Shown: one piece after another, positions 52,241-64,000 of the stretch | Numbering within the stretch: the first letter of the stretch is position 1 | Layout of the letters: every line of letters begins with the position of its first letter | Source: Hydrolagus colliei | Taxonomy: Eukaryota | Assembly: GCA_035084275.1 (NCBI GenBank) | Contig: CM068749.1 | Coordinates: forward strand, 12,276,001 to 12,340,000 | Direction of reading: 5' to 3' | Length of the DNA: 64,000 bases | The notes under the pieces: model-generated | What the model saw: only the letters and a program-made list of their open reading frames with translations | The model's database searches: none | What the model was told of the DNA's origin: nothing | Translations under genes and position numbers: made by a program

Positions 52241-52689
52241 AAAGAAATTTGAAGCAAAGCATTAGCTTCTCCCATTCCCCTGTGGATTATACTGTACAAC
52301 TCACACATGAACTTGTTAATGCTGTCAATTAGCACCTTAAAAATAAGAGCAAGAGGAACTTCTGGTTCAAAAGATTGTTAAACATGTAGGCTGAGATAAT
52401 CAGAGCTCCCTGGGCATGACGGTTACTGTGTTGGTCGGTTGCTGGAGTCAATCTTTTGTGGAGGGCAGCCTAATAGGATTGTAATGAGTTGGATGAATAC
52501 TCTTGAGTTTTATTTGATTACCTTCAGATAGATGGGAGGTTTTACACAAAACATTCCATCCAGAAGTGAATCAGGCAGAGCACAGTCCAAGATATACTGC
52601 ATACTTGTGGAAGGAGCAGACATGATGCCAATTTTTCTGGCTTTTTTATATTGTGTGTGTGTGCTCATGAGAAATATAAACCAGGAAGG

Positions 52690-52850
52690 CTTCAAATGTG
52701 ATCCATGGTCTGTGTGGAGTTATTAAATTTTCAGCTGAATGATCCAATTAGCTTCAACACTGCAGGAATGGTGAGATCCCAGTCCTGACTACTTCCAATG
52801 ATCCTTGCTGGAAGTACACATGTAGATGCTGGGCGAAGACAGGAATGGAT
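52690..52850 (+). repeat. Old dispersed repeat (unnamed), with a related minus-strand piece at about 49340-49440
   Basis: gatccatggtctgtgtggagtta versus the reverse complement of 49377-49400, gattcatggtctgtgctgagcta. Confidence 0.4.
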
Positions 52851-55465
52851 ACAACTATTTTACTCCTTTTCCAAGCTCAACAGATCTCTCATATGGATTC
52901 CAGTTTGGCAAGACTTGGAAATACCACCAGTATCTATGGAATGATATAATAATAATACGAATCACTGCTTGATTGTTTGTTTTCATAAGAGGTGTAATGT
53001 AAAACAAGATAGGGGAGAAACAGAGGAAGCCACATTGAAAAATTGCATTTCTACTTTCAAAAATCGAGGCTTGGTTTATATTTTCCATTAAAAATAATCA
53101 CCTACATCATACCAAGTTGATGGTCAGCTCTGCAAAACCAGCCTGTAATAATTATTAGTCCCAACACTAATTTTCTTAAGTTCCAAAACGTTTTCAGTTT
53201 CAATAATCCAATAAAATTTAGGGAAGCCAACAAAAATACACCCATCAGTTCTGAAGATAGCTTTCTTGTTAGAATTTGTTTTGTCTAACCAGAAAGTACT
53301 TAAGACACAACTCCAAAGAGTTGTAAGCAGAATGAATCTACGTGAATGTGATAATGCTCAGTGTTATGGTACAAGAGTTAATATTTTACCAGTCGCATTT
53401 TAAGCTTACGACGCACTTTGTAAACGTAATGCATTTATATATGGTTGATTTAAAATAAACATTTTTAAAAATTACAATACTTCGAAAACGAGTTGGTTGC
53501 ATAATTGTTTAAGCAAACATTTATTTACAATGAATTTCTATGCTAGTCTAGGTTAGACGATGTTTTAATAATTAAAGTACTAGAGTACAAGGAACATCTG
53601 AATCACCACGGCAAAAATCAAACATGTACATACTATAGTAGCTGCATAAAAAGACTAAAGGGAATAGATTCACTTCCATCTGTCTACTCTATTCGTTCCT
53701 TTAAGCCTTTTTTTCTGATGAGCTAAATATATGCTTTTGCTCCCAACGACAGCAGCTGTGAATGACCAAGACTTCAGAGTATTACACCAGTCATTTTCAC
53801 ATCATATTCCAGTATCACTGCCAACTCCCAGTCTGTCTTCCTTTGAGTTCCATTCTACAGCAGCAGCAATTCTTATTCAATCAATTCATATTTCCATAAT
53901 CCACAATTCTGCTGCTCCTTCACCTCCCTAGGGTGGACTAACCTCTTTGCCCCAAACTATGGCCTACAACTGTCATTAAGCACTGCAACAATAACAAGAT
54001 AAACAAAAGAGCCAACGGCACTGAGGGTAGCTGCTGCCATATGCTGGCTAACTTAGAATTCTTCAACTACGGCAGTAGCCCAACAAAAACATAAAAAACA
54101 TAATCCTAATCATGAGCAAACTGAATGGGGTCTTTTATGCTGTTGAGCCAGAGGCCAAGCCATCTGTACACAGATCTTCAGAAATTGTAATCTCATCCAA
54201 GGAATGCCTTCATTTATTTATTAAGCTGTTTTCTCTCTTCCACTGGTTAACCCTTCCCCTTCCAGATGATGCAGCCTTCCATCCAAGGGCAGCAGGCAAC
54301 TAAAGAACAGATTTATACCCTCGATACCATGTCTCAGCCATAAGGAGGTACTCTTTACACTGGATTCATAGTGTAGATTTCTTCACTTCACTAACACATG
54401 CCAATCTCCTAAACTGGATTAAGTATCTTTAAAAAGTTTATAATCTATCTGAAATACTGCTAGGCAAGGGCCATTAATATTATACAAAATGACTGATATC
54501 CAAATTTGGTCCTGCAAAAAAGTTGTTTTTTTTTAAAGAAAGCACTAAAAAGATTGTTTCTTTTAAAGAATGTGTGCAAAAGGGAAATGAAATACCTTCC
54601 GTACTACTGTGAGCATTTAGACAGCGTGTCACCCAATTATATCTTCACAAACAAACTCAAGCATTCATAGTTTGGATTATCTATACCAGTGAAATTGAAC
54701 ATAGTTTAAAATAAAACTAACTAAACCTGGGAGTCTAAATTAAATTATTGAAGCTGTATCACAACCATGGTGGCATAAATGCAGATTTTGTTTGCATACA
54801 AGTATAAAATTCCATTTGAGAAAGATAACTTAGGAAATAAAGTTGAATGTTATATAAGAAAAAAAAATACTCCTTCGCCTAATATATGGGTAGGGTGGGA
54901 GAAGAGAGAAAACAAAACCAATTATTTAGGGGGCAATAGTTCACCTAAATTAAAATTGAAACCCACAAAACATTACAAAGAATGAAGAATGTACAGGTTT
55001 AATTCATTGATCTCCTGTAAATTACTATAGTTGACTTGCCCCCAGTGCTGTTAAGATGCCAGGGTGCACTCTGCTTAGCAGCAGGTAGTTTGAATGGTAG
55101 TTCACCTGTCGCAGCGGTAATATGACCATGACAATTATTGGCATCTGGATTTTCAATAGGTGTTTCAAGCCCAATTTTCCACTAATCAAACACTTCCTAA
55201 AACACTTGTTTCCACTCCCAAATGGATGGATGATGGCTGCAGGAAGACTGAAAAGAGATGTTCTGTAGTTTTTTTAAAAAAACCTAATGGTAGGTGTGTG
55301 AAATGTTCTTACTACACCTACCTTAACTGTGAATAGCACCCAGCAGTACAATTACAGATTATGTCCTTCCTAACTCTCTCTCTCTGGAATGATATATAAA
55401 ACTGGAATAAACTACTAGTAGAACAAAGTTGATGTGCTGATTTATGAGTAATATAATATAAATTA

Positions 55466-55757
55466 TAATAATAATCCTTGCATTTCATATTGCGCTTTTC
55501 ACGTCATCTAGACGTCCCAAAGTGCTTTACAGAATATAATGTAAAGCGAAACACAGCAGCCAATTGCGAACAGCAGTGTCCCACAACAGTCTTGGATTGA
55601 AATGACCAAATTATTATAGTTTTTTATGGACAGATTATTATTAGGCGTGTGGAGTAAGGAAACTTTCCCAAGGTTTCACCCTGACCTGCCTGGATTCAAA
55701 ACACAGGTCTCATGCTTGTAAGGCAAGTGCTCTAACCACTGAGCTACAGGACTCCAC
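55466..55757 (-). mobile_element. Near full-length SINE with a small internal deletion
   Basis: Same family; lacks the aattgactgtatatttgtggg segment. Confidence 0.88.
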
Positions 55758-57305
55758 AGTATCAAGCAAGAAATGTATTTGCTCCAGTGCGTTTTTGAAT
55801 GTATATTTTGGAGTCAGTATATACAATAGCCAAATATAAAAATGGGTAAATTATATGGAGGGGAGGTGGGGGGAAATTAAACTAAACTTAATACTGTATA
55901 AAATAAAACAAATATACAAGTAGAGAAAAAAAGTGAACAGGGCAGAACAAAATATTAAAGCAATAAAACTTTGTGATGTTTGAATAGCTTAATTATAAAA
56001 TTGATATTAACATCAGTTTGTGAACTGAAAAGGTACAGAATTGTTTTACCAACCCAGAGAAATGGGAGACCTGCCAGGTGTTTGGAGGTTAATTTCACAA
56101 CTCTCCTCAAGCCACAACAACGTAGGTTGAATGCTTTCTGATGTTGCATCCTATCTCTGAGTTGAGTATTGCATTAAGTGTAATGAATACGTTAATAGAT
56201 GCCAGTGTGACATTGTAATGCAGTACCTCAGGCAGTCTGAGAAAGAGCCTGTCTTCAGCCCAATGGATCTCATCAAGATTTAATTGTGCACCCTTATTGT
56301 ATGTTCTGCTTATTGTGACAGTAATTTTACCTCAACAGTTTAGCATTAAATCACAGGCTCTATTCAAACATTTAATTGTCCAAGTGATAAATGTCAAAGA
56401 TGCTGAGTTCATTAAGCAATAAAACTGCTCTACTGCATTGTCACAAGTACACAAAAGCTGTCTCTGCTAAGTAAATGCAGTGACTCCAAAGCATAATGCT
56501 ACTGTATTATGTTACATAATCTTGTTGTTTGTGTGCTTTTATAATATAATTTATAAATAAGCACAACAATGTATTTTGCTGGTAGATGGGTGTACCATTC
56601 CCCCATAAGTGTCTAAATTGGTCTTGAAAAGAGTAATAAACCACAATGTTTTGTGGTAAATTTGTCTATTAGCATTTTGTTTGGCTTTTTCTTAAAAGGG
56701 CCATCAACGGTCTCCAATTATAAATCAATGTTGCATTTATAAGGCATAATTGATTGGCAAATTCCAACACATTTGGCGGTGATTGGCAACCAAATGTATA
56801 GTATAAACAGACAATCCGATGATGCTGGAGCTGTGCTCCTGGCTAATCCAAGAGGATAATTTGCACTGGTATAGCAAAACTCTGGTCGGTGCATAATTCT
56901 CTGAGCTTGCCCTCACTCCATATTCTGCTCAAACATCTCAAACCCAAGAACTTTCAATGGACTGTTTCTGTTATTTAAGTCAGCCACACAACTAGCTCTT
57001 TCATAATCACATTAAGAACAAGAACCTCATTTAAAACAAGTTTCTGGTTCTGGCCCCAATTCAGTGTAATGCAGAAAAGCTAGCATAAATCATGATGGCT
57101 GCTCCATACAGCTAAACTACTGGGAATGAGTGAAGTGGCTTCATTCAGCAGTAATTACAGGATTACAGAATGCCAAAAAGATAAAATGACAGGTAAAATT
57201 ACAAATATTTTCTTGTACAACTGTACCATTTATTCACAGATGAGGCTCTTGGTCAGTTGTATGAAGCACTTTTGAGATATCCCTCGAATGTGAAAGGCAA
57301 TATCT

Positions 57306-57690
57306 TCTATACGAATAAAAAACAAAATATCCTTGCGTGTATCTGCCAAGAACTCAATAACTGATTGACGTAGAGACATGATTTATACCTCATCGTAAAG
57401 GTTTTGCACGGGGGGCTGTTATGGACATATTTTTTGTTGGTATTTCCTATTGTTGATAAGCTATATTAAAAAATATAAAAAATGCTTTAATTAAGCCTAA
57501 AGTATTCTGCAACAAAGCATCGACAGAGGTCAAACACCTTTCCAGAGAGATACATCTATACTAAGAAAGATGAAATGTCTGTCTGTGTGTCTGTCTAACG
57601 ATTAATGTAGAGACACCAAAAGGAGGCCTCCCAACTAGGAGGCCTCCCAAAAGGATTTGTGTGCAAATATGTGAACAAGGGATGCTAACA
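57306..57690 (+). mobile_element. Two tandem, related Helitron-like 5' ends (57306 and 57555), degraded
   Basis: Both begin TCTATAC(G/T)AA(T/G)AAA..AAAT.TC..GTGT.TCTG and later share GATT.A.GTAGAGACA; resembles non-autonomous Helitron 5' ends; no clean CTAG 3' end seen. Confidence 0.45.
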
Positions 57691-57796
57691 AGTTCAATAG
57701 CACATTTTCTTAATGTTAAGTCTTAAAACTAGGAAGTGAAGACCCCTGAGTCTGTCAGGGACAAATTTTTAAAAAGGCCAATTAAATTAAACCAGT

Positions 57797-57827
57797 TATA
57801 TATATTATATACGTATATATATATATA
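57797..57827. repeat. (TA)n microsatellite, imperfect
   Basis: tatatatattatatacgtatatatatatata. Confidence 0.85.
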
Positions 57828-57894
57828 GTTGTACCCATTGCAACTACGCTTAAACATATATGCATAAATTGCTGTTATTAAAAATAATAATTTA

Positions 57895-58066
57895 ATAATA
57901 TTCCTTGCATTTGATTTAGACGTCTGAAAGTGCTCCTAGACATCTAAAGTACTTCACAGAATATACTGTAAAGTGAATAATTGACTATATATTTGTGGAC
58001 GAAACGCTGCATAGCAGTGTCCCACAAACAGTTGTGGGTTGAAATGACTAATTTTATTATTGTGTT
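57895..58066 (-). mobile_element. 5'-truncated SINE
   Basis: Tail and Deu-like core present. Confidence 0.82.
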
Positions 58067-58732
58067 TTTGATGTATCTTGGTCAAAAAGCCTTGACACTC
58101 CGAAGGTAGAACTCTTCAGGTCTTAAAATCTATAAAATATCAAGAACTTTTTACATCTACATCAGGGATACGAATTTTCCAACAATGCTTTTTGTTTTGC
58201 ATTTTACACGATAAAGATCTGAAGTGAATAGCGTATAAATCACAATCAGTTGCATATTTATCAAAAAGTGGACCAAAATCTTTCCAGTTTATTTACATCT
58301 GCTTTCAAATGACTGTCTTTGTTTTCTCCAAATATCTGAGCTTTTATTCATCTAATTTTTGCTTTTGCATTCCCTAACATCTAACCCATCTATGACAGAC
58401 CTGCTCTCTCAGGCAAAACAGCTGTGACCCAATTGGTTTCCAAATCTGAGCTTGGAATGGAAAACAAAATTGATCAGGGTGCCCGTTACTCACCAGCAGG
58501 CTAATAGAAAATTGTGATAATATTTGCCAAAAATTGTAGGAAGTTTGTCAAATTTGGGGGAAATTACAGGCATTGACTAATGCTATTGAGAAGTACATTC
58601 TCCTGCCAACCTACATTTTTTACACTTAATTGCTAAAAAAAAATGAATATGCTGCAATAAAAATATTAATAAATATTAATGCTCCCTTTACTTCCTTTAA
58701 CAGAAACTGGGTGGCCCAATCAGGGGAGGAGT

Positions 58733-58759
58733 GGGGGGGGGGGGGGGGGGGGGGGGGGG
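58733..58759 (+). repeat. G27 homopolymer
   Basis: Read directly from the sequence. Confidence 0.9.
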
Positions 58760-58924
58760 TGATTGGTAACCAGCGCACGTCTGAAGTGCCAAATCGTCCA
58801 TTTCCATCCTGCAGTGTATTTGAAGGAATGGAGATCATCCAAATACCAACATTGCTTGCCAAGCTTGCCAGTGTCCTGACTGCTGGTTTCCAGGTCACCA
58901 CCTCCTGCCTCTCAAGGACGCCAC

Positions 58925-59100
58925 CACACACTGAGACCCAGAGAGAGACACGCACATCGAAAGAGAGGCACACACTCACTGACAGAGAGAGAGAGACACA
59001 CATACGCACACACACGTATAACCACTCAGACAAACACACACAAGAGACACGCTTATAGACACACGCTTACACAGTACCTACAGAGGAGAGACACATACAG
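58925..59100 (+). repeat. Degenerate (CA)n/(GA)n low-complexity tract
   Basis: Read directly from the sequence. Confidence 0.85.
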
Positions 59101-60672
59101 ATAATATCAACAGTGGGGCCTCAGGTTGAGCGAAGTCCACTTCCCACTTGTGCCGCATACTGCATGCAGAGCTCCACCCACAGTTACTGCATCTAATAAA
59201 CAGCCGGCAGCACCACGAGAGAATTGCTGACTAGGAAATTTCATTTTTACAGGTTTTTAGCAGAGGGATATATTTGTAGCGGAGGGAGTCGTTTGTAGCA
59301 GATTGCGGCCCCTCTTTTCTATTGGGCCAACTCATAAGTGTCCAGCAACTCCTGCAACACACATCGGTAATTACACATTGAACAAAGATACAGTTGAACT
59401 CAGTTGTACTGGCTGCAAATATAGAACCAAAAACCCTCAAGGCCAAATCAGTGGTGGGGGGAAGGTCACTGAAAAATTCCTCCCCAACTCCCAAAGGTAG
59501 TTGCCAGACCTACAGGGGAGGCCAAAGCCCACAGCAACAGAAGAGCTTATCCATTCAACCCTACATCCTGCTGAACCACAATTAACAATGCCAGTGTGGC
59601 ACATTTAGGCTTTTAATCTATAGCTGCTTGGAACAATTCCCCAGGATGAATTGGCATCTTCACAGGAATAAGAAAGAGAAAATTACAGCAATTTCTTAAA
59701 AAAGTATCTCCGTCAGGACAAGCTTTGGTGTTTGAGCATCAGCACTCAAGTAACAATTTTTTCCCCTCACTAGTCTTCAGTCTAGCCACAGTTTAGTGAT
59801 CTTAGTTCTGCATATCCTTTATTCCAATAAACAACAACAACAACAAAATCAACAGTGAACAGAGATTTAGAGAACAAAAAAACTTTTAGAAATGGTTCTA
59901 TCAATTCAGATATATCTTATCCTGCTGATAAAATCACTCAGTTCACAGTGTGGACCTGTTTTAACAGCAGGAGGGATGAAAGGGATGGCAGGAACAACAG
60001 CATCACCACTACTTGCATGGGCGATGGAAGCCTCACTTAAACCAACCCACCTGACTGAAATTCATCAATAAGGGAACATAATAAAAAGATACTATGACTA
60101 GGTTAAGGGCTATAATACTCCCAGACATCAACTGATCCCATAATATTCTGCACTTTCATTTAACAACAACACACAATCATTGTCATCAATTATATCTGAC
60201 TCTCTAGTCTGTCTGAATACATCCATGGTTAGGTGTGGAGAGGTACTCAGCTGAGAAAAAGAATATCACCTGAGGAAATTGGCAAATTTATCCCATACAC
60301 TAGTATAAAATGAGGACCCAGTATCTGTCAGTAATTATGTTAGATAGACCATCACTATTTCACTTCATGGTTCACTAACTGAAGTTAAGGTCCTCATGAC
60401 ATCCCTATCCCTGGAGAGAGATTAAGGGTACTGATAAAAAGAATGACACTAAGTAATGAAACCAATGTTAAAATAACCTATCCATCATTTATCATCGAAC
60501 AAAACATTTGAGTTTTTGAATTCTTCAAAGCATCACCCTCTGTTGTCATGTCTATATGGTAATTGCTTTTGTGTCAGTTCTGAGAGACCTGCGTACTGAT
60601 TTCATTAATGTCGGCTTTCTACAGCTGTCCATGAAAGGATTTTTTTTAAAAAGTTCATCTCATGTTTCAAAC

Positions 60673-60716
60673 CTGGTCTCCAAAGTCCTCTGGGAACTTC
60701 CACAGAACCACTGGAT
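60673..60716 (-). CDS. DENND1B: DENND1B coding exon, 44 nt: (D)[14 protein letters not shown]
   Basis: Minus strand ttacag|ATCCAGTGG...GGAGACCAG|gtttga; phase 1 to phase 0; uDENN motif. Confidence 0.95.
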
Positions 60717-61264
60717 CTGTAAGTAATTGACAGACAGTATTAATCAGCTGTGAAGGAATAAAGTAATACAGGCAGTGCACATTAATATTAAAGCAGAAGC
60801 CAGCTTCAAGTTCTCAGACAAGTGCAGAAAGAGATTTCCAAAGAAATCTCTGCAGCAGAAATTTTCCCAATTTTGATGCGCAATATTCAAACGCACTGTC
60901 AACATTCATTTAATTATTATAGATTTTATTTACTAGCTTGAAGCATTTCTTTAAAAAAATGTTTTGCTCTGCATTTAAGGTCAAAAGTCTAATTCCAAGA
61001 ACATGAATTTTCAATAATATTGTCCACTTACATTAACCAGTAAAGCCTACAAATTGTTTAAAACAAATAATATTTACTGAATTAAGCATACTGTACACCA
61101 CAATCTTCAACAGTACAAGTCTTAGTCTTGTCACAAAATTTAAGCAAATTAAAATATTTAACACATTAGAAAAGATAGCAATATTTACAATTATGCAGTT
61201 ATCACTTTTCATTAGTACTGTATTCAGCTGCATTACTATCTATTTCTCTTCCTCTAGCTGCAAG

Positions 61265-61750
61265 TCCAGGTCTGCCGATGTTCTCTTGGCTTGTCTGGTG
61301 GACATCAGGGCCTGGATGGCCATGCACAGGATCCAGGTGATCCGAAACTCCACCGCCCGCATATTCACCCGCACTAAACACTGTATCCCCATTACACCAG
61401 TTCCAGCGAGGCGCCACTGGCTCTCTATATTCGAACGGATCAATTTCAAGATCCTCACACTCGTTTTGAAATCCCTTCATGCTCTGGCACCTGCTTACCC
61501 CCAACCCACAACCTCTGCTCTGACTGGCTGCAGCCTCCTCCTTGTTCATCGTGCCCTCCATTCCACTATTGCCAGCCACGTTTTCAGCCACTATGCCACA
61601 AAACTCTGCAACACTGCCTCTATCCCTCCACCCTGCTCCTTCTTTCTGATCTTCAGGTCGTAGCGGAAGTCCTTCCTCTTCGACCCTACGTACGGCCATC
61701 TCTCCGAGATGGAACACTTCTTCATGTATTAACTTCAGCAATGTGAAGCA
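61265..61750 (+). mobile_element. L2 ORF2 C-terminal fragment with an internal deletion
   Basis: ORF 61193..61663 reads CLVDIRAWM / RIQVIRNSTARIFTRTKHCIPITPVPARRHWLSIFERINFKILTLVLKSLHALAPAY. Confidence 0.85.
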
Positions 61751-63151
61751 CTGAACCCCCCAAAAATTAAGTGTGCAATTGTAAAATTCACTCTCCAAAT
61801 TAATCCACAGATTCCTTCCAACAGTACTCACCAGGAACAACAGCTTGAATATCACATGCTATACTGATACTGTAGGCCTTAGGCAAGATGAAACAAATTA
61901 ACGTTAAAGCCTATGAGCAAAACATTAGAAGCTATAACAAACCAACTGGGAATGAACAGGAAACCATAAAGGCAAATGTAAAATTGCTGCCTGTCAAACC
62001 TAAGTAGAAGCAGTACCATATCTGAAAAATCTTTTGTTTTCTGTTTCAAAACAATGTTGTTAAACCTACATTTAGGTTTTTTGAGACTTGCTTTGAGTTT
62101 TCAGTAAAAACAAAATTAAGAAACAACTTATTTTAGCAGAGAATATTTCTTGAAAAAAAATTTGTACCAGCTTCACATTTTGCTAAGATTACCCAGCCCA
62201 TGCTTTGCACCTCTTCAAGTCTGAGTTAAATATAAAACCGGTTAAATAGACCAGTCTCCAATAACTTGTATTGTTTTAAAATCCTCAAATAGTGCTCAAA
62301 TATTCTAAAGCTACAGGAGCTTTTGTGGTAACTGAGTGACACTGCAAGATCATTTAAACTATTTTGTACTGTGCAGAAACAAGGCTAAGTCTTCTCTTCC
62401 AAATACCCAGCAGTTTATCCAGTGAGTAGCTGTGACGTAAACTAAGACAATTAATGGTTGAATGCTGCATTTGATTTTAGTACCCTCCACATAACAGAGG
62501 GTAAAGTCAACCAAACTTCCCACTGCTGATTATTGGCGATGTATATTTGCGGACAGTGGTGGGCAGATTTGGTCTTGAACATATTCATTATCATGGTTAA
62601 TACATGTCATTTGAATAAGGTGACAGAAGGAGTCAAGTGCCAATGGAGCACTACCTAAAGGAGAAAAAAAATTAGAATCAAATTCCTTCAGGAATGGAGA
62701 GGAAGAAAATAACTGAAGGGAAAAAGACACAAATAGCAAAACAGTTTTAATGCCTCATTAACTGACAATGTGCTGATTTTGTTTTTACATTTTTAAACCT
62801 ATATGAAAATACAGTAACAAAATAAATTACGCATTCTCTGTCGCAAAATGAAAAAGGAAATAAATTCCATGTTTTGAGAGACTTAGCGAAAACTTTACCA
62901 TTATTAAACTCTGAGCCTCAAGTTACAGTTTAATTTATTCAAAACATCGAACAACAGCGTGCACCTATAAAGCACCCTTGATATGAGGGTGTGTCTCAGA
63001 GCGCTTAAACATCTGGGATGAACAGTTTGCCCTACAGCTGAGAAATGAGATTAAATTAGGGGATTAAAATTCCCAGATTTGGTTCAACAAATTCTGATGG
63101 CTGACTGGGTACAGCAGAGAAGTAGACAATATAGGCATATATTTGTGGGCG

Positions 63152-63254
63152 TTTCGCCCACAAATATACAGTCAATTCACTTCACAGTATATTCTGTAAA
63201 GCGATTTGAGACATCTAAAAGATATATCAAATTCAAGGATTATTTTTATTATTA
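63152..63254 (+). mobile_element. SINE 3' fragment with a fold-back at its 5' junction
   Basis: tttcgcccacaaatatacagtcaattcac...aaggattatt. Confidence 0.82.
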
Positions 63255-63599
63255 TAGGGGGATGAAGATGAAAATAAATTAGAAGACAAAGAAAGCTGAG
63301 AGAACAGGAGAGCAGAAATTCCAGTGCAAAGTACAGAAATCTAAGGCTCAAAATTCTCATGATCTCAATGTTATTATAATCTTAAAATTTGAGATTGGAC
63401 AGAATTTTGTACATTTCTTAAATTAAGTCCACAGTTCGGAAAAAAACAGCTTCCGAATTAGACCACTGTCTGTATGCACAAAGTGAAATCTGCCCAGACT
63501 CAAAAATCAACTCCTGAGTTGACAATTTTGTCAAGTAAATTGTTAAATCGGGAAAGAAAATTAACAAACATCCTTACTGGTTTGCCTAGTCAACCCACC

Positions 63600-63851
63600 C
63601 AGCCCACAATCGAGCCTTCAAGAACTCTGCCCCCAACCTTTGGAATTCCATCCTGCAATCCCTTCGCCTCACCTCCTCCCTAGTCTCTTTCTAGTCCCGC
63701 CTCAAGGCGCTCCTCTTCGACTGTGCCATTGGTCACCCACCTTCTCCTCCCTTCCCTCCAGCATCCCCAATCCCAAAAAAGTCAGTCTGAAACACTGACT
63801 TTCCAATGCATCGGGATGTCCTCCCGACGTGAAAGGCGCTATACAAATGTA
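63600..63851 (+). mobile_element. L2 3' end
   Basis: RAFKNSAPNLWNSIL followed by the 3' UTR and tail. Confidence 0.82.
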
Positions 63852-63982
63852 ATAATAATAATCCTTGCATTTGGTATAATGCTTTTTACATCTTCTAGAC
63901 ATCTCAAAGTGCTTCACAAAATATACTGTAAAGTGAATTAACTGTCTATTTGTGGGCAAAACACGGCAGCCAATTGCGTACA
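63850..63982 (-). mobile_element. SINE 3' half, tail-to-tail with the L2 end
   Basis: taataataataatccttgcatttgg...cggcagccaattgcg. Confidence 0.85.
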
Positions 63983-64000
63983 GAAGTATCAGTACGCAAT

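Larger units (their letters stand above)
3525..60716 (-). other. DENND1B: DENND1B gene body, partial: 10 internal coding exons, gene extends beyond both ends of the window
   Basis: Exons of 44, 50, 120, 70, 81, 54, 111, 101, 46 and 102 nt splice in frame to [48 protein letters not shown]...[47 protein letters not shown] and NNMLQL match DENND1B better than DENND1A as I recall those proteins. Confidence 0.93.

Noticed and set aside
58626-59058. 137-aa and 142-aa overlapping ORFs
   Set aside because: They are products of poly-G and (CA/GA)n low-complexity sequence.
61202-61855. Longest ORF (217 aa, minus strand)
   Set aside because: It is the antisense reading of an L2 fragment.
61831-61857. 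In-frame 27-nt microexon ending at a CTG|GTGAGT donor
   Set aside because: The acceptor lacks a pyrimidine tract and there is no homology support.
1-64000. Prokaryotic-type systems (operons, CRISPR array, defence islands)
   Set aside because: The sequence is a spliced vertebrate gene with retroposons; there are no regularly spaced direct repeats with unique spacers and no long ORFs.

Overview
Vertebrate, AT-rich genomic DNA, not prokaryotic. The repeat landscape (a tRNA-headed Deu-domain SINE, L2 and CR1 LINE fragments) points to a cartilaginous fish, probably a chimaera; this is an inference. The whole window lies inside one minus-strand gene, DENND1B (connecdenn 2, a Rab35 GEF). Ten internal coding exons (779 nt) were read by hand, all with AG/GT boundaries and consistent phases, and they encode the uDENN and cDENN parts of the DENN module. 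The start and the 3' part of the gene lie outside the window. The introns hold many SINE, L2 and CR1 fragments, TA-flanked Tc1/mariner(pogo/Tigger)-type MITEs, an 88-bp CACTA-type MITE and two Helitron-like 5' ends. The most striking signal is the MITE copy at 5153-5890. It carries roughly 40 strand-specific T>C changes (A>G on the transcribed strand), concentrated in its internal inverted-repeat arms. This is an ADAR hyper-editing-like signature in a genomic DNA-transposon sequence, and it is either real fixation or an assembly artefact. Nearly all ORFs in the supplied track are spurious or repeat-derived. Exon and MITE boundaries were counted exactly; SINE and LINE boundaries are approximate.
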